Assembly: GCF_009914755.1 (NCBI RefSeq)
Contig: NC_060941.1
Direction: 5' to 3' (one strand)
Source of the DNA: the human T2T-CHM13v2.0 reference genome, Homo sapiens
DNA: 64,000 nt
Below, piece after piece: positions 1 through 22,710 of the stretch. The translations under genes were made by a program, and so were the position numbers. The notes beneath the pieces were generated by a model, which saw only the letters and a list, made by a program, of their open reading frames with translations, was not told the DNA's origin and did no database searches. How positions within the stretch are numbered: the stretch's first letter is position 1; each line of letters begins with the position of its first letter.

Positions 1-838
1 TTTCTTTCCTTCAGATTATGTACAAGTTCATCCTCCTCTTTAAAATGCCCTTTTTTGACCCTTTATAACCTACTAGCTAGCATCTTACTGAACTCATTCA
101 TTTTAAAGCTGCTCATCTTAAAAGGTATAGAAAATTCTGGAAATTTAATATGGAGAACTGAAGTGATTTAAGAGAACCCCATCTCCCAGTTCAAGTACAT
201 AGAAATGCTGCTTAAAATATAACAAGCTTTTAAATTTTAAATAAATAATGGAGTTCAAATTGAGTAACAGGTGTCTCCAGGTCCTAGAAATGAAAGAAGT
301 TTTAAAAACCAGAATGAGAGAGAACCAAAAGCAAATGGCTGTTGGGATGTTGGAGTCTGAAATAGGTCTTACTGGTTGGAAGCTGGGGTTCCAACAGCAG
401 CATGAGGAGCAGAGTGTAGGTTTCAGAACCCATGTTGAGGGAGAGTGAGCCTCAGCGACCAACATCCAGCTCCAATCTCAAAGATCTGCAGCATGTACAA
501 AATGGGAGCTACAAAAATTCCTCTAACCAGCCTCTGAAAGTGTTAGCCAAGCTGGATATCAACTTGAGGCAACATATGGGAAAAGATTTATCAATGAGAA
601 AGCAAAACTCAAGGCCACCCTACCCATCAATGGAGTGTTGGACCTGAACTCACACCTCCCATGTGGTGCTGTGATCCTAGCTGAGGCATTAACATGAACA
701 CTTATCCAGAACAAGTGATACCCAAGGGCCTTCTGCAGAGGCAAATGCAAAACTGCCCTGTAGGGACATTCCTATAACCCAGGGCATATGGGACCATCCT
801 CATTGAAGATAAGCTTAGAATAAAAATTTGTAAACTAG

Positions 839-1114
<276 letters not shown>

Positions 1115-1466
1115 GATTCACACTCAGAACTAGAAATAATAGCCCAATCTGAAAGAAACTTTCAAATGTTTAAAAATATAATAGAAATATAAAGGAAAAA
1201 TAGTGTCTATTAGGCAACAAAGGGACAGTATTAAAGAAGAGCAGGTGAATCTGAAAAAAAACTCTAGAAATGAAAACTAGTTTTTGAAAATTAAAACTCA
1301 GTGGTTGGTTAATAGTAGTCTGGACATAGCTGAAAAGAAAAGCCATCAATTATCTAAGAAATGCAGCTCAGAAAAAGATAAAGGAATAATGTGAAGGAGC
1401 AGTTGGGGGTCATGGAGGACAGAATGAAAGGGTTCAAGGTGCATCTCATTGAGTTCCAGAAGGAGA

Positions 1467-2049
1467 GTGTGATATCCTTATTGCTGACTTTCAAATATTT
1501 TCTGCTATCCCTCTGGACACATGGGATATTTGTGTACTTCCTCACCACCTGGAACTTAGGTGTGGTCATGTGACTTACTTTAGTCAATGCAATGTGAGCG
1601 GAAGTGATACATGTCTCTTCTGGGCAGGTGATTGAAGACTCATGCACACAGGAAGCTGAGGCAGGAGGATTGCCTGAGTCCAGGAGTTCGAGGCTGCAAT
1701 GAGTTATGATCTTGCACCACTGCACTCCAGCCTGGGTGACAGAGAGTGAGCATGCCTCTAAAAAAATAAAAAATAGAAAGACTCAATGCACAATTCATAA
1801 CACTCTTATTTTATTTTATTATTAATTAATTAATTAATTAATTAATTTTTTACTTCTGCCAAGGCAACCAGCAGCATTCCAGGTGGTGGTGGTTCTGTCA
1901 ACTGAATTTCAGACTAAAGGCAACACAGGGCAGAGTCCACCCCTAATAGACATGTAGCAAATGTGAGGAATAAATCTTATTGTTTTAAACTATAAAGATA
2001 GTGAGATTGTTTGTTCTGCAGTATAAGATAGTCCATCTTGACTGATATA
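1467..2049 (+). mobile_element. MLT1I/J-type MaLR LTR interrupted by an Alu monomer
   Basis: GGTCATGTGACTTACTTTAGTCAATGCAATGTGAGCGGAAGTGA and a 3' end AATAAATCTTATTGTTTTAAAC...CTTGACTGATATA. Confidence 0.7.
1650..1773 (+). mobile_element. Alu right-arm/FRAM-like monomer
   Basis: GAGGCAGGAGGATTGCCTGAGTCCAGGAGTTCGAGGCTGCA; TSD AAGACTCA(A)TGCACA. Confidence 0.85.
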
Positions 2050-2399
2050 GGGAAAATGGCAAGCAGAGATGACAGACATCAAAGAGCTAATACACTTTTC
2101 AGAATTAAAAAATGATACGAGTCTTTGGATTAAATGAAAATATTGAGTCCTGAGTAAGACAAAAACAAATCCACAATCAGACGCAACATATTGAAACTGC
2201 CAAACATAAAAGCATACTTCATCTAGTTAAATCCTCATCATAACTCTATTACATCATATTACCACTCACATATTATATGTGAAGAAGCCAAATAAGTCTG
2301 TTTTATGGCTGCAGAGAGAGGAAGGTATAGAAGCAGAATTCAAACTTAAATCTGTCTCCCAAAGCCCATCCTTTCCCAAATCTCATTTGAAATTTCATT

Positions 2400-2560
2400 T
2401 TCACTTTACAACATTCCTGTAAAATGACTTATTTTCCCACTTTATAGATAAGAAAACTGAGGCTCATCAATGTTAGATGACTTGTCCAAGCACATAAAAC
2501 CATAAATGGTGGGGCTGAGGTTTGAACTCAAGTCTTGTTGGCTTCGAAGCCCAGACTTTT
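2400..2560. mobile_element. MIR
   Basis: Core TTTATAGATAAGAAAACTGAGGCTCA..GACTTGTCCAAG..TTTGAACTCAAGTCT. Confidence 0.75.
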
Positions 2561-2599
2561 TTTTTTTTCTATGTCATACTGCCTTCCATAATTTCTCTA

Positions 2600-3325
2600 G
2601 AATTTAGCTTACATATTGTTATCATTAAATTTTCCACGTTTACTCTCCAACCACAGTGGTCTTCCTGCTCCTCCTAGAACACACCAGGTATGCTTTAGCC
2701 TGAAGTCTGCCTTTGCTATTCTTCTGCCTAGAATGTTCATTTCCCAGACAGCACAATGACTCTCCATTCAGGTTTCAGTTCAAATTCTTTTTGTTTTGTT
2801 TTGTTTTGTTTTTGACACAGGGTCTCACTCTGTCACCCAGGCTGGAGTGCAGTAGCACAATCATGGCTCACTGCAGTCTTGACCTCCTGGCCTCAAGCAA
2901 TTCTCCCACCTCAGCCTCCTGAGTAGCTGGGACTATAGGTGCACACCACCATGCCTGGCTAATTTTTTTTTTTTTTTGGTATTTTTTTGTAGAGCCAGGT
3001 TTTCACCATGTTGCCTAGACTGGTCTTAAACTCCTGAGCTCAAGTGATCCTCCTGCCTCAGCCTCCCAAAGTGCTGGGATTACCTGGCTAAATTCTATCT
3101 TGATAGGCTGGCCTTCCCTGACCACCTTCATCCCTAATGTTCCATCATCTTACCCTGCTTTATTTTCTTCATAGGTAGTATATTTATCCAGCATTATCAA
3201 TCAACATATTTATGTGCTTATTGTCTGTCTCTCCCTCTCTAGTAAAAGCTGCTTGAGAGTGGATTCTTTATTTTGTTATATTTCCTCAATTGCTCAATAA
3301 ATATTTGTTGGATGAATGAATGAAC
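2600..3325 (+). mobile_element. L2 3' end, Alu-interrupted
   Basis: Ends CTCAATAAATATTTGTTGGATGAATGAATGAA. Confidence 0.75.
2788..3089 (-). mobile_element. AluJ
   Basis: J-type diagnostics (ATCATGGCTCACTGCAG). Confidence 0.9.
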
Positions 3326-3507
3326 AAATTAGCCACAGAGTGTCTGCTCTTAGCACTACTGAACCTCATAAGAATAACAGGAAATAAAGACCCTGGGACA
3401 CATGGGAGAGCAGACCTCATCACAAAGCAGGGCTAGACATGAGGCAGCCTAGCAGCAAAGGCAAGGCATTATCTACACCCCAGCCTTTTCATTCAAAGAA
3501 CACCTAA

Positions 3508-4125
<618 letters not shown>

Positions 4126-4349
4126 CTGCCCTTTACTTTAAATGCCCCACACATGGTCATATGAAGAGATTGGTTTACCTTACCCACCTTTGACTTTACA
4201 GTCTGATCCTTTTCCCCTAATACCTTAGTATTCACTCACTGGGTCAACAGTACTTCTTCCTATGAGAGGGTGAGTCCACAAAGGGCTGCTCTGTCATTCT
4301 CCACCATGTGTACACCTATATTTTCTCCTTTTCTTTCCTTTTCTACTCT

Positions 4350-4495
4350 TCCATGCAGCAACAACTCTGTGAGGTAGATATTATGACCTCTCCCTGGCTT
4401 CATTTCATAGATGAGAAAACCTCAGCTCAGAGAAGCTAAGGGATTTATCCAAGATCACACAGCTGTTAGGAGCCCAAGCTTGGATTTGAACTTAG
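4350..4495. mobile_element. MIR
   Basis: CATAGATGAGAAAACCTCAGCTCAGAGAAG..CCAAGATCACACAGCT. Confidence 0.7.
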
Positions 4496-4505
4496 GATGG
4501 ATGGT

Positions 4506-5249
<744 letters not shown>

Positions 5250-6353
5250 GGTGGTGAAGCCATCTTTCCTCTGTGCCACACCATCTTCCAACTTTGGGAC
5301 AGAGTTGACTTATATGGCATGAGCTGAGAAGGAATGCATGCCAAAAGGGTCTGCAGACTTCACTTCATCTGAAATACCAAAAACAGAACCAGGAAGTGCC
5401 TAAACCATCTTATTCACATTGATATCAGTGAATATGAAGAAGTTAAGTCCCTCAATTGTCTTGGGACAAGCTGGCTCACCAGGTAGAGGACACCAGAGAA
5501 AATGAGCTATTCCCCCAGACGCCTCCTCAACAGGTGTTTGTTACTGCCTTCCTCCCAATCCCCAATTTAGGCTGATACCTAGGCACCTCCCTAATTATAC
5601 GCAAGATGCTTTCCTCTTCTGTTCTTTTTTCTTCTCCTCTTCCCCAACTCCAACTTACCGCTACTGTGTTTCTTCAAGTTTTCCGTGGTTTTGCCTTAAA
5701 TCTGGCAGTGGCATCAAAAAGCATTCCTTTAATCCCACTGGAAGAAAACCGAATACCAAAATATCTGATCCCTGCTCCGCTACTTCAGTGCACATGGATT
5801 CCTTTGAACAATGTTACCACTCTCCCTGGTGATGCTGTCAGGGCAGGGAGTTGGGGATGGAGAAGGCAGAGAGAGACAGGATTGGTGCAGCAAGGAGGAG
5901 ACTCGAGAGGGTAGAAAGGCACAGGACAGTAGATATGGACATGGGTGTCTGAGGGTCGCCAGCCCTTCCTCCTTGAATAGATGTTCTGAAGCCTCATGAC
6001 CCTTAGGAAATAAGCATTTTCCGGTATTCTATTGCTTTTTGCTCTGAATCTTTGGTATTCTGATTTTTAGAAGTGGAAAAAATATTTTGATTTAAGCCAT
6101 ATGGTCTTTTCCTCCTTCCACTGGAGCTGTAGGAAACTCACAGGGGCAGGTGTGGAAAGCAGCGGCAGCAGGGTGGGTGGGTACATAGGCTCCATGTGTC
6201 TACAGCTTGTGCAATTCTGTAGCTATGGCAACCGTGTGCAATGCCACTCGTGTAGCCTCATAACACGGCCCGAGAGTTACCCCTGGCTCCTCAACTATTC
6301 CTCTTCAATGCACTATCTGTGCTGCTGTTTCCTAGCTACCATCGCTATGTTAG

Positions 6354-6819
<466 letters not shown>

Positions 6820-7449
6820 TAAACACGTTGTGTTAGAAAGATTCTTGAGGCCGTGGTCTGAATGAGATGACCCCTTGAGACTTTTTCTAGTTCTGCCAGT
6901 CCATGCTGGGTGGGCTCTGTCAGAGCTAATGATACTATCAATTGACTGCCTGCCTACTGAAAATCTGTTTTTTTTTTGTTTTGTTTTTTTGTTTTTGCCA
7001 GTTGTTACAATTTCCTGACAACAACAAGAGCAGTAAAATTAAAGTAAAATTTATAGCAATATATGCAAATATATCATATCCTATGAAGATTGTACATGAG
7101 TAATGTATGCATATGTACCACATAAAAGAAAGCTGCATTGTGTTAATTCTGAGAATATATGCACAAATGGTTTCTTTTATTTATTGTTAAAAACCATCTC
7201 CAAATGCTCAGAAATATTTCTGTTGTAATTAAATTTAAATGTTTTTTTAAAAATTCATGGGAGTTGGTAATTTACTATGTTCATATTTTAGTTTCCTTAT
7301 GTTTGGTCATTAAGAGCGGTATCATAAACAGCTAAGATTTAAGGCCCTTCACCTTCCTGGGCTTCAACAGAAGCAGGATGTCAACACCCATAAGTTACAA
7401 GCAGTCTCCCCAAGGGACTGTAATACAAAATACACTTACAATTGAATTA

Positions 7450-10335
<2,886 letters not shown>

Positions 10336-10379
10336 TCAGAAAGATGTTTTTGAGAAGACAAGGATCAAGCTTTGTATTT

Positions 10380-11530
10380 TTTTTATTTATTTTCAAAATT
10401 GACAACAAAACTCTTTTGATGTACAATTCTGAGTTTTCACAAACATATATAGTCATATAATCAAAACCACAATCAAGATATAAAACAGTTTCATCACTTC
10501 AAAACATTCCCTTTTGCCCCTTTTAGTCAACTCCTCCCTCCATTCCAAACCATGGCAACCACTAAACATACCATTTTCTGTTCCTATACTTTCAGTTTTC
10601 CAGAACATCATAAAAATGGAAACATAAGATATGTATGTAGCCTTTTGAGTCTGGTTTGTTTCACTTGGCATAATGCTTTGAGGTTCATCAAAGTTAGAAA
10701 ACTTATCAAAGTTCCTTTTTACTGCTAAGTAGTATTCTGTTGTATGGATGCAGCTCAATGTGCTTATCCATTTAACAAAAGGACATTTGGGTTGTTTCCA
10801 GTTTTGGCCATTGTGAATGAACAAAGCTGCTATAAACATTTGTATACAATGTGAAAATAAGATTTCATTTCTCTTGAATAGATACCTAGAAGTGAAATTG
10901 CTGGTTTATAGGTTAAGTGCACGTTTAACTATATGAGAAATTGTCAAACTATATTCCAAAGTGACCATACTATTTTGCATTCTTACAGGCAATATATGAG
11001 TTCCCATTGCTCTATGTCTTCACCAGCACTTGGTATTGTCATTTTAAAGCCATTCTAATACATGTGTAGTGGTATGTTATCATAGTTTTAATTTGTACTT
11101 CCTTAATGACTTTCATGTGTTAAATATATGAAAGGATGCTCATTTGCCATCTGTATATCTTCTTTGGTAAAATGCCTACTCAAATGTTTGCCCACTCTTT
11201 TAAAGCAAACTATTGGTTTTCTTATTGTTGAGTTGTGAGAGTTCTTTATGATCCCTTTCTCTATTGAATTGCTTTTGTACCTTGGTCAAAAGTCAATTGG
11301 CCACATATGTGTGGGTCTATTCTGGACTTCTTATTGTGTTCCATTGATCTATGTTTCTATCCTTTCACCAGTACCATACTATGTTGAACACTGTGACTTT
11401 ATATTAAATTTTAAAATCAAGTAGTATGAATATTCTAATTTTGTTATTATTTTTCAGAATTGTTTTGGCTATTCTAGTTCCATCGTCTTTCCATTCATTT
11501 CAGAAATAGGTTGTCAACATATACCAGAAA
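10380..11530 (-). mobile_element. L1ME/MB-type 3' fragment
   Basis: Antisense L1 3' motifs GGACATTTGGGTTGTTTCCAG, ATACCTAGAAGTGAAATTGCTGG, CCATTGATCTATGTTTCTATCC; ORF track MFIAALF...NWKQPKCP. Confidence 0.8.
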
Positions 11531-11589
11531 GAGAGAGAGAGAGATTTTTTAAATTAATTAAGGGAGCTAAGATTTTCCCTATTTCTAAA

Positions 11590-13960
<2,371 letters not shown>

Positions 13961-16680
13961 TGCTCTTCCTATACTCTTTTATACAGCTGAATTAAACACT
14001 CATCATCACTCAAACACAGCATGTACATTCTTCTCTCTGTATTTTTAGCCTCTCTCTTGCCCATCATTTGAGGCCAAGTTATATCATAATACCTTCAGGA
14101 AGTATTCACTGACCACTCCTTCGTTTATATCTTCTCTCCCACCTCTCTAACTCAGCACCATGTTGTCTGGGTCACTTATTTAGAACTTTTAAGTTTCTGT
14201 TCTCTTTTTGTTTTTATTTCATGTTGTGTGTCTTGGTTTCTCAAATAGATTGTATATTTAATGTCCTTTCTATGTCTGCTATAGGCTGTCTCTATAGTAT
14301 ATGCTCAATAAATGTTTATGGGATAATTAAATTTGTTGAAGAATAAATTGGTAATGAGTGACTGACCTTGTTGTTTTCTAAGACAGAATCTTCCATCAAT
14401 TTGTTAATTGTTATTCTGAGATTTGATAAAGGAAACTAATATAAATATAAACAAGAAAAGCTTTAATAAGGTCTTGGATGAAAAATCCATGAAGGACAGA
14501 TTGGATGTTCATATTTCATCTTTAACCTTTTGAAATTGATTTGATGCCTCTTTAATAAAATCTTTCTTGGTATCCTTGTCAAATGTATAAGGCTGGTGAG
14601 AGTATATCACAGGTATGTCATTTATTTCATTCTAATATGAGTCATTGTACTATTCTGGATGTTAAAGAAATAAAAGACACAGCCCTTGAGCTTTCCAGAG
14701 AAAAAAATCTAATTGGAGGCTAAAACACACACCCATAAACCAACTTGAGGTAAAATCCAAAGAAACATTTTAGTAACGTCAAGAAATATGGTGTAGTGTA
14801 GACTAAAGCTGCAATAGATAAGGAAAAGAAAAAGAAAAAATGATTACACTTGGGATGTGTTTATTATAAGGAAGGCATCTGAAAAAAGGTAAATTTTGGC
14901 TTTAAAGATTAGATGGAAATATACAGAAAAGAAGGGGCATAGATTTTTCTAAGCAGTGAGAATTACATGCAATACACGGAGGCAAAATAGTAAGTTATTA
15001 TACATTCAGGCATCTATAAATAGACAGGCTTGAGGAATCAAGGGAAAGTATGAAGCTAGAGAGAGGTGGAGGAGCAGTTGATAGAAGACATCAAATATGT
15101 TTATTTTTGAACTAGTGTGGAATTCTCTTTCTCTTTTCAGTAGAAATAACCTTCACTGTCAACAGCCCAGTCAGACCCCTTAGCTGATATAATGACGATC
15201 GCAACTTCCTAGGCTATTATTTGCAATAATTTCTGCCATATGAGTGTAATGGGAAAAATACATTGCAAAGTGAATGACTTTTGAAATGTATTGCATGCTG
15301 ACATTTGGGAAATTAGATCCTGAACACAATGCATCCTGATTATTGAGGTGCCTTGCCACCATGAAAAGATAAATACAGTCCAACCATTCAAAAAATCTGC
15401 ATGTTAAATTAATTTAAAGTTCTGTCCTTCGGCAAGGTTCTTCTCAAAACTTTTGGTCACTATTCAGGCAAATAACCATGAGCAGACACTATCCCTGGCC
15501 TAGATAGCCTACGTGGGTCTGAGGAGTCCAGAAGTGCCCTCGTTCAAACATAGCTCCATCTTATGAGGAATCCTGCTGTGCTCATTCTCCTATGTACTTG
15601 ACTGCTCCAGTGCTAGAGGTGCCTGTGCTCAGCTGGCATCCTTTCCATTTCCTGGGAGAAGCACAGCCACGCTCTCTTATGAAGAACAAACAACTCTTCA
15701 CATCTCCATTCCCACACAGCAAATTCCTCCAGCACCACCAACCCATCTCATCATGAATGTGCATTTGCTTTCCTCTGTAAAGTTTCTGTATTGACGGGCT
15801 GCTGGGCTGAGCAACAGTAATTTCAGCAGTCCTGGCTCCACAAGCACAGGTCAGGAATGGGTTTGAAGAAAGCTCTTCTGAAGATATCACAAATTTTGCT
15901 GTTTTAAGCCAAGGCCTGCCTTGTTTACTGAACATGTCCAATTTGTGTGCTGAATAGAGCAATATAACGAGAGGAAGGGAAGATGGACAGGGAAATAATG
16001 GGACCTCACGTGCAGATTACAAACAGAACCTAGAAATTAACTGAGAATGCTAAAGAGGAAGAGGAATATGAAAGCAATAGTGAAGGGTCAATAATTTCCA
16101 CATAAATCAGACCAGATGATTATTTTGATCATTAAATTGATTTAACCACAGCTTTATATACAATCAGAGTACATGGCTCTATATATAACAACAGCTCTTG
16201 GTTGTAGTCAGAGAGGACTGGGTTTGAGTCCTGGCTTATTGCTTACCTGATTAATGGTTTTGGTTATGCTACTCAACCTCTCTTAGCCTCTGTTTCTTTA
16301 TTGCGGTAGATACTATTAACCTAAAATGAGAAGGCTAATAGTATCTACCACAATAAAATTGTTGTGAGGATAAAAAAAAATATTAATTAGGATGCAGTAT
16401 GAAAAAAATAAAAGTTAGCTATCTTTATTTTTGAAATTTATGTAAGTCTAATTTCTCCAAAGTAAATTGGCTTATATTCACCAGGAGGAATGTCTAATTA
16501 AAAGAATCTTATTCTGAGTCTTTTGTGGCAGCAGATTATCACTATCTGATCTTTCTTTTACTTCTGTATTTTCATTGAGTTGGCTTACATAAAGCTGCAC
16601 TTATAAATTTAAATATGCCTCCAATACCACTCGGCAAGTCTTCTTATAGAGAGCTAGATACATATTTAATAAACAGTTAA

Positions 16681-17086
<406 letters not shown>

Positions 17087-17209
17087 GAATATATTTATTA
17101 TTGTTAGCCCTTGTTACAATGCTGCCATTTTATAAATCAGGAAACTGCGGCAGAGAGAGGTTAAATAGCTTGATCAAAGTTACATTGATTGCTGGGCACA
17201 TCCTCTCCA

Positions 17210-18200
<991 letters not shown>

Positions 18201-18253
18201 GACATTATATTTGAACTTAGTAGATCAGCTTACACTTTTAAAAACAGTTTTCA

Positions 18254-18838
18254 GTCAGGTGCGGTGGCTCATGTTTGTAATCCCAGGACTTTGGGAGGCT
18301 GAGGCAGGAGGATTGCTTGAAGCTAAGAGTTCAGGACAAGCCTGGGCAACATAGCAAGACTGACTCTAAAACAAAAATTAGCCAGGCATGATGGTGCATG
18401 CCTGTAGTCCCAGCTACTTGGAGGCTGAGGTGGGAGGATTGCTTAAGCCCAGGAGTTTGAGGCTGCAATGAACTATGATTGCACCCTACTGCACTCCAGC
18501 CTGGTGACAGAGTGAAATCCTGTCTCTAAAATAAATATATGCAAATGGTTTTTGTTTTCTGTTTTGTTTTTTTGAGACAGAGTCTGGCTCTGTCGCCCAG
18601 GCTGGAGAGCAGAGGTGCAACCTCGGCTCACTGCAACCTCTGCCTCCTCCTGCCTCAGCCTCCCAAGTAGCTGGGACTACAGGCATGCACCACCATGTCC
18701 AACTATTTTGTATATTTTAGTAGAGATGGATTTTCACCATGTTGGCCAGGCTGGTCTCGAACTCGTGACCTCAAGTGATCTGCCCATCTCAGCCTCCCAA
18801 AATGCTGGAATTACAGGCGTGAGCCACTGTGCCCGGCT
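18254..18838. mobile_element. Tail-to-tail AluJ(+) 18254-18535 and AluS(-) 18548-18838
   Basis: Two Alu copies in opposite orientation ~13 bp apart. Confidence 0.9.
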
Positions 18839-19039
18839 GCAACTGGTGTTTAATACTTTTAAAAATTGAGATATAATTAACATACCATAAAATCCACCTT
18901 TTTAGTATATTCAGTGGCTTTTGGTATATTCAGTTATACAACCATCACCACTATCTAATTCCAAAATGTTTTGTCACCCAAAAAAGAAATCCCTTACCCA
19001 TTAACCATCACTCTGCAGTCTCCCCTATTTCCTTGCCAG

Positions 19040-19484
19040 GATTTTCTGGATGGGTCAAGTCTAATCACATGAGTCCTTAAAAGTCCCAGCTGTGACATCA
19101 GAAGAAGAGTTAGAGAGATGGCGGTGTGAAAGGATTGGATGCCTGGTTGTTAGTTTTGAAATATGGGAGACTGTATCCAAGGACCAGAGAGAGGCCTCTG
19201 GGAGCTAAGAGAGAAGCCCTCAAAACTTTCACCTCCACCAAGCTGAAAGCTCTCAAGAAAACTGAGGCCTCAATCCTACAACTGCATGGAACTGAATCGT
19301 GCCAACATCTGAATGGGCAAGGAAGCCTCCAGCAAGGATCACAGTCCTACTGACACCTTGATTTTTAGCCCAGTGAGACTCATACTAGATTCTGACCTAC
19401 AGAATTATAAGACAATACATTTGTGTAGTTTTAAGCCACTAAGTTAGTGTTAATTTTTTATAGTAGCAGTAGAAAACTAATACA
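19040..19484 (+). mobile_element. MLT1D/E-type MaLR LTR fragment
   Basis: CTAATCACATGAGTCCTTAAAAG, GACACCTTGATTTTTAGCC, TTTTAAGCCACTAAGTT...AGAAAACTAATACA. Confidence 0.75.
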
Positions 19485-19546
19485 ACACAGACTTCTATAA
19501 TTTTCTTTTTTACAAAATACTGTATCTTGAAAATTGTTTTATATAA

Positions 19547-19881
<335 letters not shown>

Positions 19882-20105
19882 TGATGGCTGCATCATACTT
19901 TATTTAGATGGCAATTTAAAATACTATGTTTTATAGTAACAATTACTACATAATTCATCTTTGGCTTAGTGGAGGGTAGCTTGATGGCATATTCCCAGAT
20001 TACCCCTGGTTCACTTTCTTCTGCTGGTATGGAATATTTGCATCTGTGGTTACTCCATGGTCTGAAGTGGTGGAATCCTCTTTGGGATCTCCCCTCTTTG
20101 TGGCT

Positions 20106-20469
20106 TGCTATGGTCTGAATATTTGTGTTCCCCCAAAATTCCTATGTTGAAATCCTAACCCCCAAGGTGAGAGTATCAGGAGGTGGGGACTTTGGAAGGT
20201 GATTAGGTCATGAGGGCAGAGCCCTTGTGAATGGAATTCTTGCCCTTACAAAAGACTCTAGAGAGGACCCTTACTTCTTCTACCATGTGAAGACAGAGCA
20301 AGAAGTTTCCATCCTTGAACCAGACAACAAGCCCTCACCAGACGTAAAATCTGCTGGCACCTTGATTTTGGACTTCCCAGCCTCTAGATTAATGAGAAAT
20401 ACATTTCTGCTATTTATAATTTACCCAGTTTATAGTATTTTGTTATAGCAGCCTGAATGAACTAAGATA
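20106..20469 (+). mobile_element. MLT1A-type MaLR solo LTR
   Basis: TGCTATGGTCTGAATATTTGTGTTCCCCCAAAATTC...TTTTGTTATAGCAGCCTGAATGAACTAAGATA. Confidence 0.85.
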
Positions 20470-20894
20470 GCACTTGTTGACAATAATGATAAACATCATA
20501 TTGGTGCAGTGACACCAACACCAGACCACATAAACCCTAGGTTTTATTGGTAGAAATTGCAGTAAATGAACAGATGCATGAAATGATATTTATGAAGATT
20601 AGCAGATGAGGAATTTATTGCAGTCTTTGTTCCCTAGCAAACAGTATTACCAGTTTCTGCATTACAGTAAGTGGTGGCAAAAACTTTAGTTACATAGGAT
20701 TAGTAGCCAAAGAAACACCTGCCACAGATTAGAGAAAGGCAGGTCAGGGGCAGGCAAAGTTTCAAAAGAAATGCACTAAGCCTTCCCTCCTAGAAATAAC
20801 AGAAAGCGGGTAATGAGTAGGGAAAAGCAGATCTGGTAGGACACGGCAGCTGAGGGCTCATCCTGGCTGAGCAACATTTTTCATCAAGATGATC

Positions 20895-21890
20895 AGACTC
20901 AAAAACAAAACAAAAACAACTATTGAGCTAACAAGTTCAGCAAGGTTGGAAGATACAAAATTAGTGTACAAAAGCAATTGTATTTCTATGCACTACTGAT
21001 GAAAAATCTGAAAACAAAATTAAGAAAACAGTCACCTAGAATAAAAAATAGAAAACATACAAATGGTCAATAAGCACATGAAAATACATTCTCTTATTTA
21101 CCAGAGATTGAAAGAAAATATGTTCAACATCATTTGGGAAATGCAAATCAAAACCACAAAGAAATACTACTTTATACCCGATAGGAGAGCTATAATCAAA
21201 AGGACAGAGAATATCAAGTGTTGGCGAGGATGTGGAGAAATTGGAAGTGTCATACATTGCTGATGGGAATGCAAACTTGTGCAGCTGCTTTGGAAAACAA
21301 CTTGGCAGTGCCTCAAAAAGTTAAATACAGTTACCATATGTCCCAGCAATTCTAAGTATATACCCAAGAGAATTGAAAATGTATGTCCACACAAAAACTT
21401 GGATGCAAATGTTCATAGTAGCATTATTTGAAATAGCCCAAAAGTGGAAACAACTCAAATGTCGGTCAACTGATAAATGAATAAATAAAATGTGATATAG
21501 ATATACAATGGAATATTATATAGCCACAAAAAGGAATGGAGTACTGACACATGTTACAATGCAGAGGAAACTCAAGAACACTATACTCAGTGAAAGAAGC
21601 CACACACAAAGAACCACATATTGAATCATTTTATTGATATTAAATGTCCAGCATAGGCAAAGCTATAGAGCTAGAATGTACATTAGTAGTTGCCTAGGGG
21701 TAGGAGGCGGAAATGGGAAGTGACCATTAATGGGTAAAACATGTCTTTTTGGGGTGATGAAAATGCTCTAAAATCTATTGTGACAGCAGTTACACAGCTC
21801 TGTGAATATACTAAAAATCACTGAATTATATACTTTAAATGATTGTTCTTATGGTATGTGAATCACAATTCAATAAAATATTGTATGAAA
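20895..21890 (+). mobile_element. L1MB-type 3' end
   Basis: GGAAATGCAAATCAAAACCACA, CATTGCTGATGGGAATGC, GGGGTGATGAAAATGCTCTAAAA, ending TCAATAAAA. Confidence 0.85.
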
Positions 21891-22710
21891 AGACAAGACC
21901 AAACAAGACAAATTAAATGCAAAACTGGTCAGTTATACCTAAAAAACCAGGGAGTAGGTGGTCGGGGTGGGGGAAATAAAACTATGCCAGCCTTTCTTTT
22001 CTGTCTTGAGTAGGGCTAAAATGGGGCTCCGATCAGGTTGGCAGGAATTATCCCTTCAAATAAGAGATAGTAGGAGTCAAGGAGGCAGAGAAAGAATTTT
22101 ACATTTTCAGGTTCACTCCAAAACTCTGGCTTGGGTAAGCTTTTCCAGTTTGAGCTGCTAAGCTGCTCTTGGAAAGAGCTGTCTAGTTCTGCCTATTCTG
22201 ATCAAGGTCTTGAAAGCATAAGTGAAAAGTGCTGGCACAAGTTTATCCCAGTCCAGGGCCTGACTTCAATGCCAAATTTAGCCTTTGGCAACTTCTTTCC
22301 ATTGAGAGTCCCTGAGGACTTGTTTGACCTCCTTTTGGAAAGCTGCAAGGGAATTCACTCCTGGACTGTTGCCCAGCAAGTAGGGAGTGGCTCAGCAGGC
22401 TGCCTAATCCTCTGTTAAGTGAAAGATAAGGTGCACCCGGGCACAGTCCATTGGAAGGCCAATTCCCTATATGTGGGATCTGGACTAGGAATTTTCCAGG
22501 TATATAAAGATAACTCCCAACATTAAATATCGTAATCAACTTGAGAGGAAATCTTTTGAAAATGTAGTGTACATATTCCTGCCTTTTTGTACTTAGGCTG
22601 TTTTTCAACTGGTAATTAAAAGATTACGTGGCCACTATGGAAAAATCGGAAAGAGTAGTACCATTCTCCTTCTCTAGAGTTAACCATTGCTAACAGTTTA
22701 AGGTGTGTTC

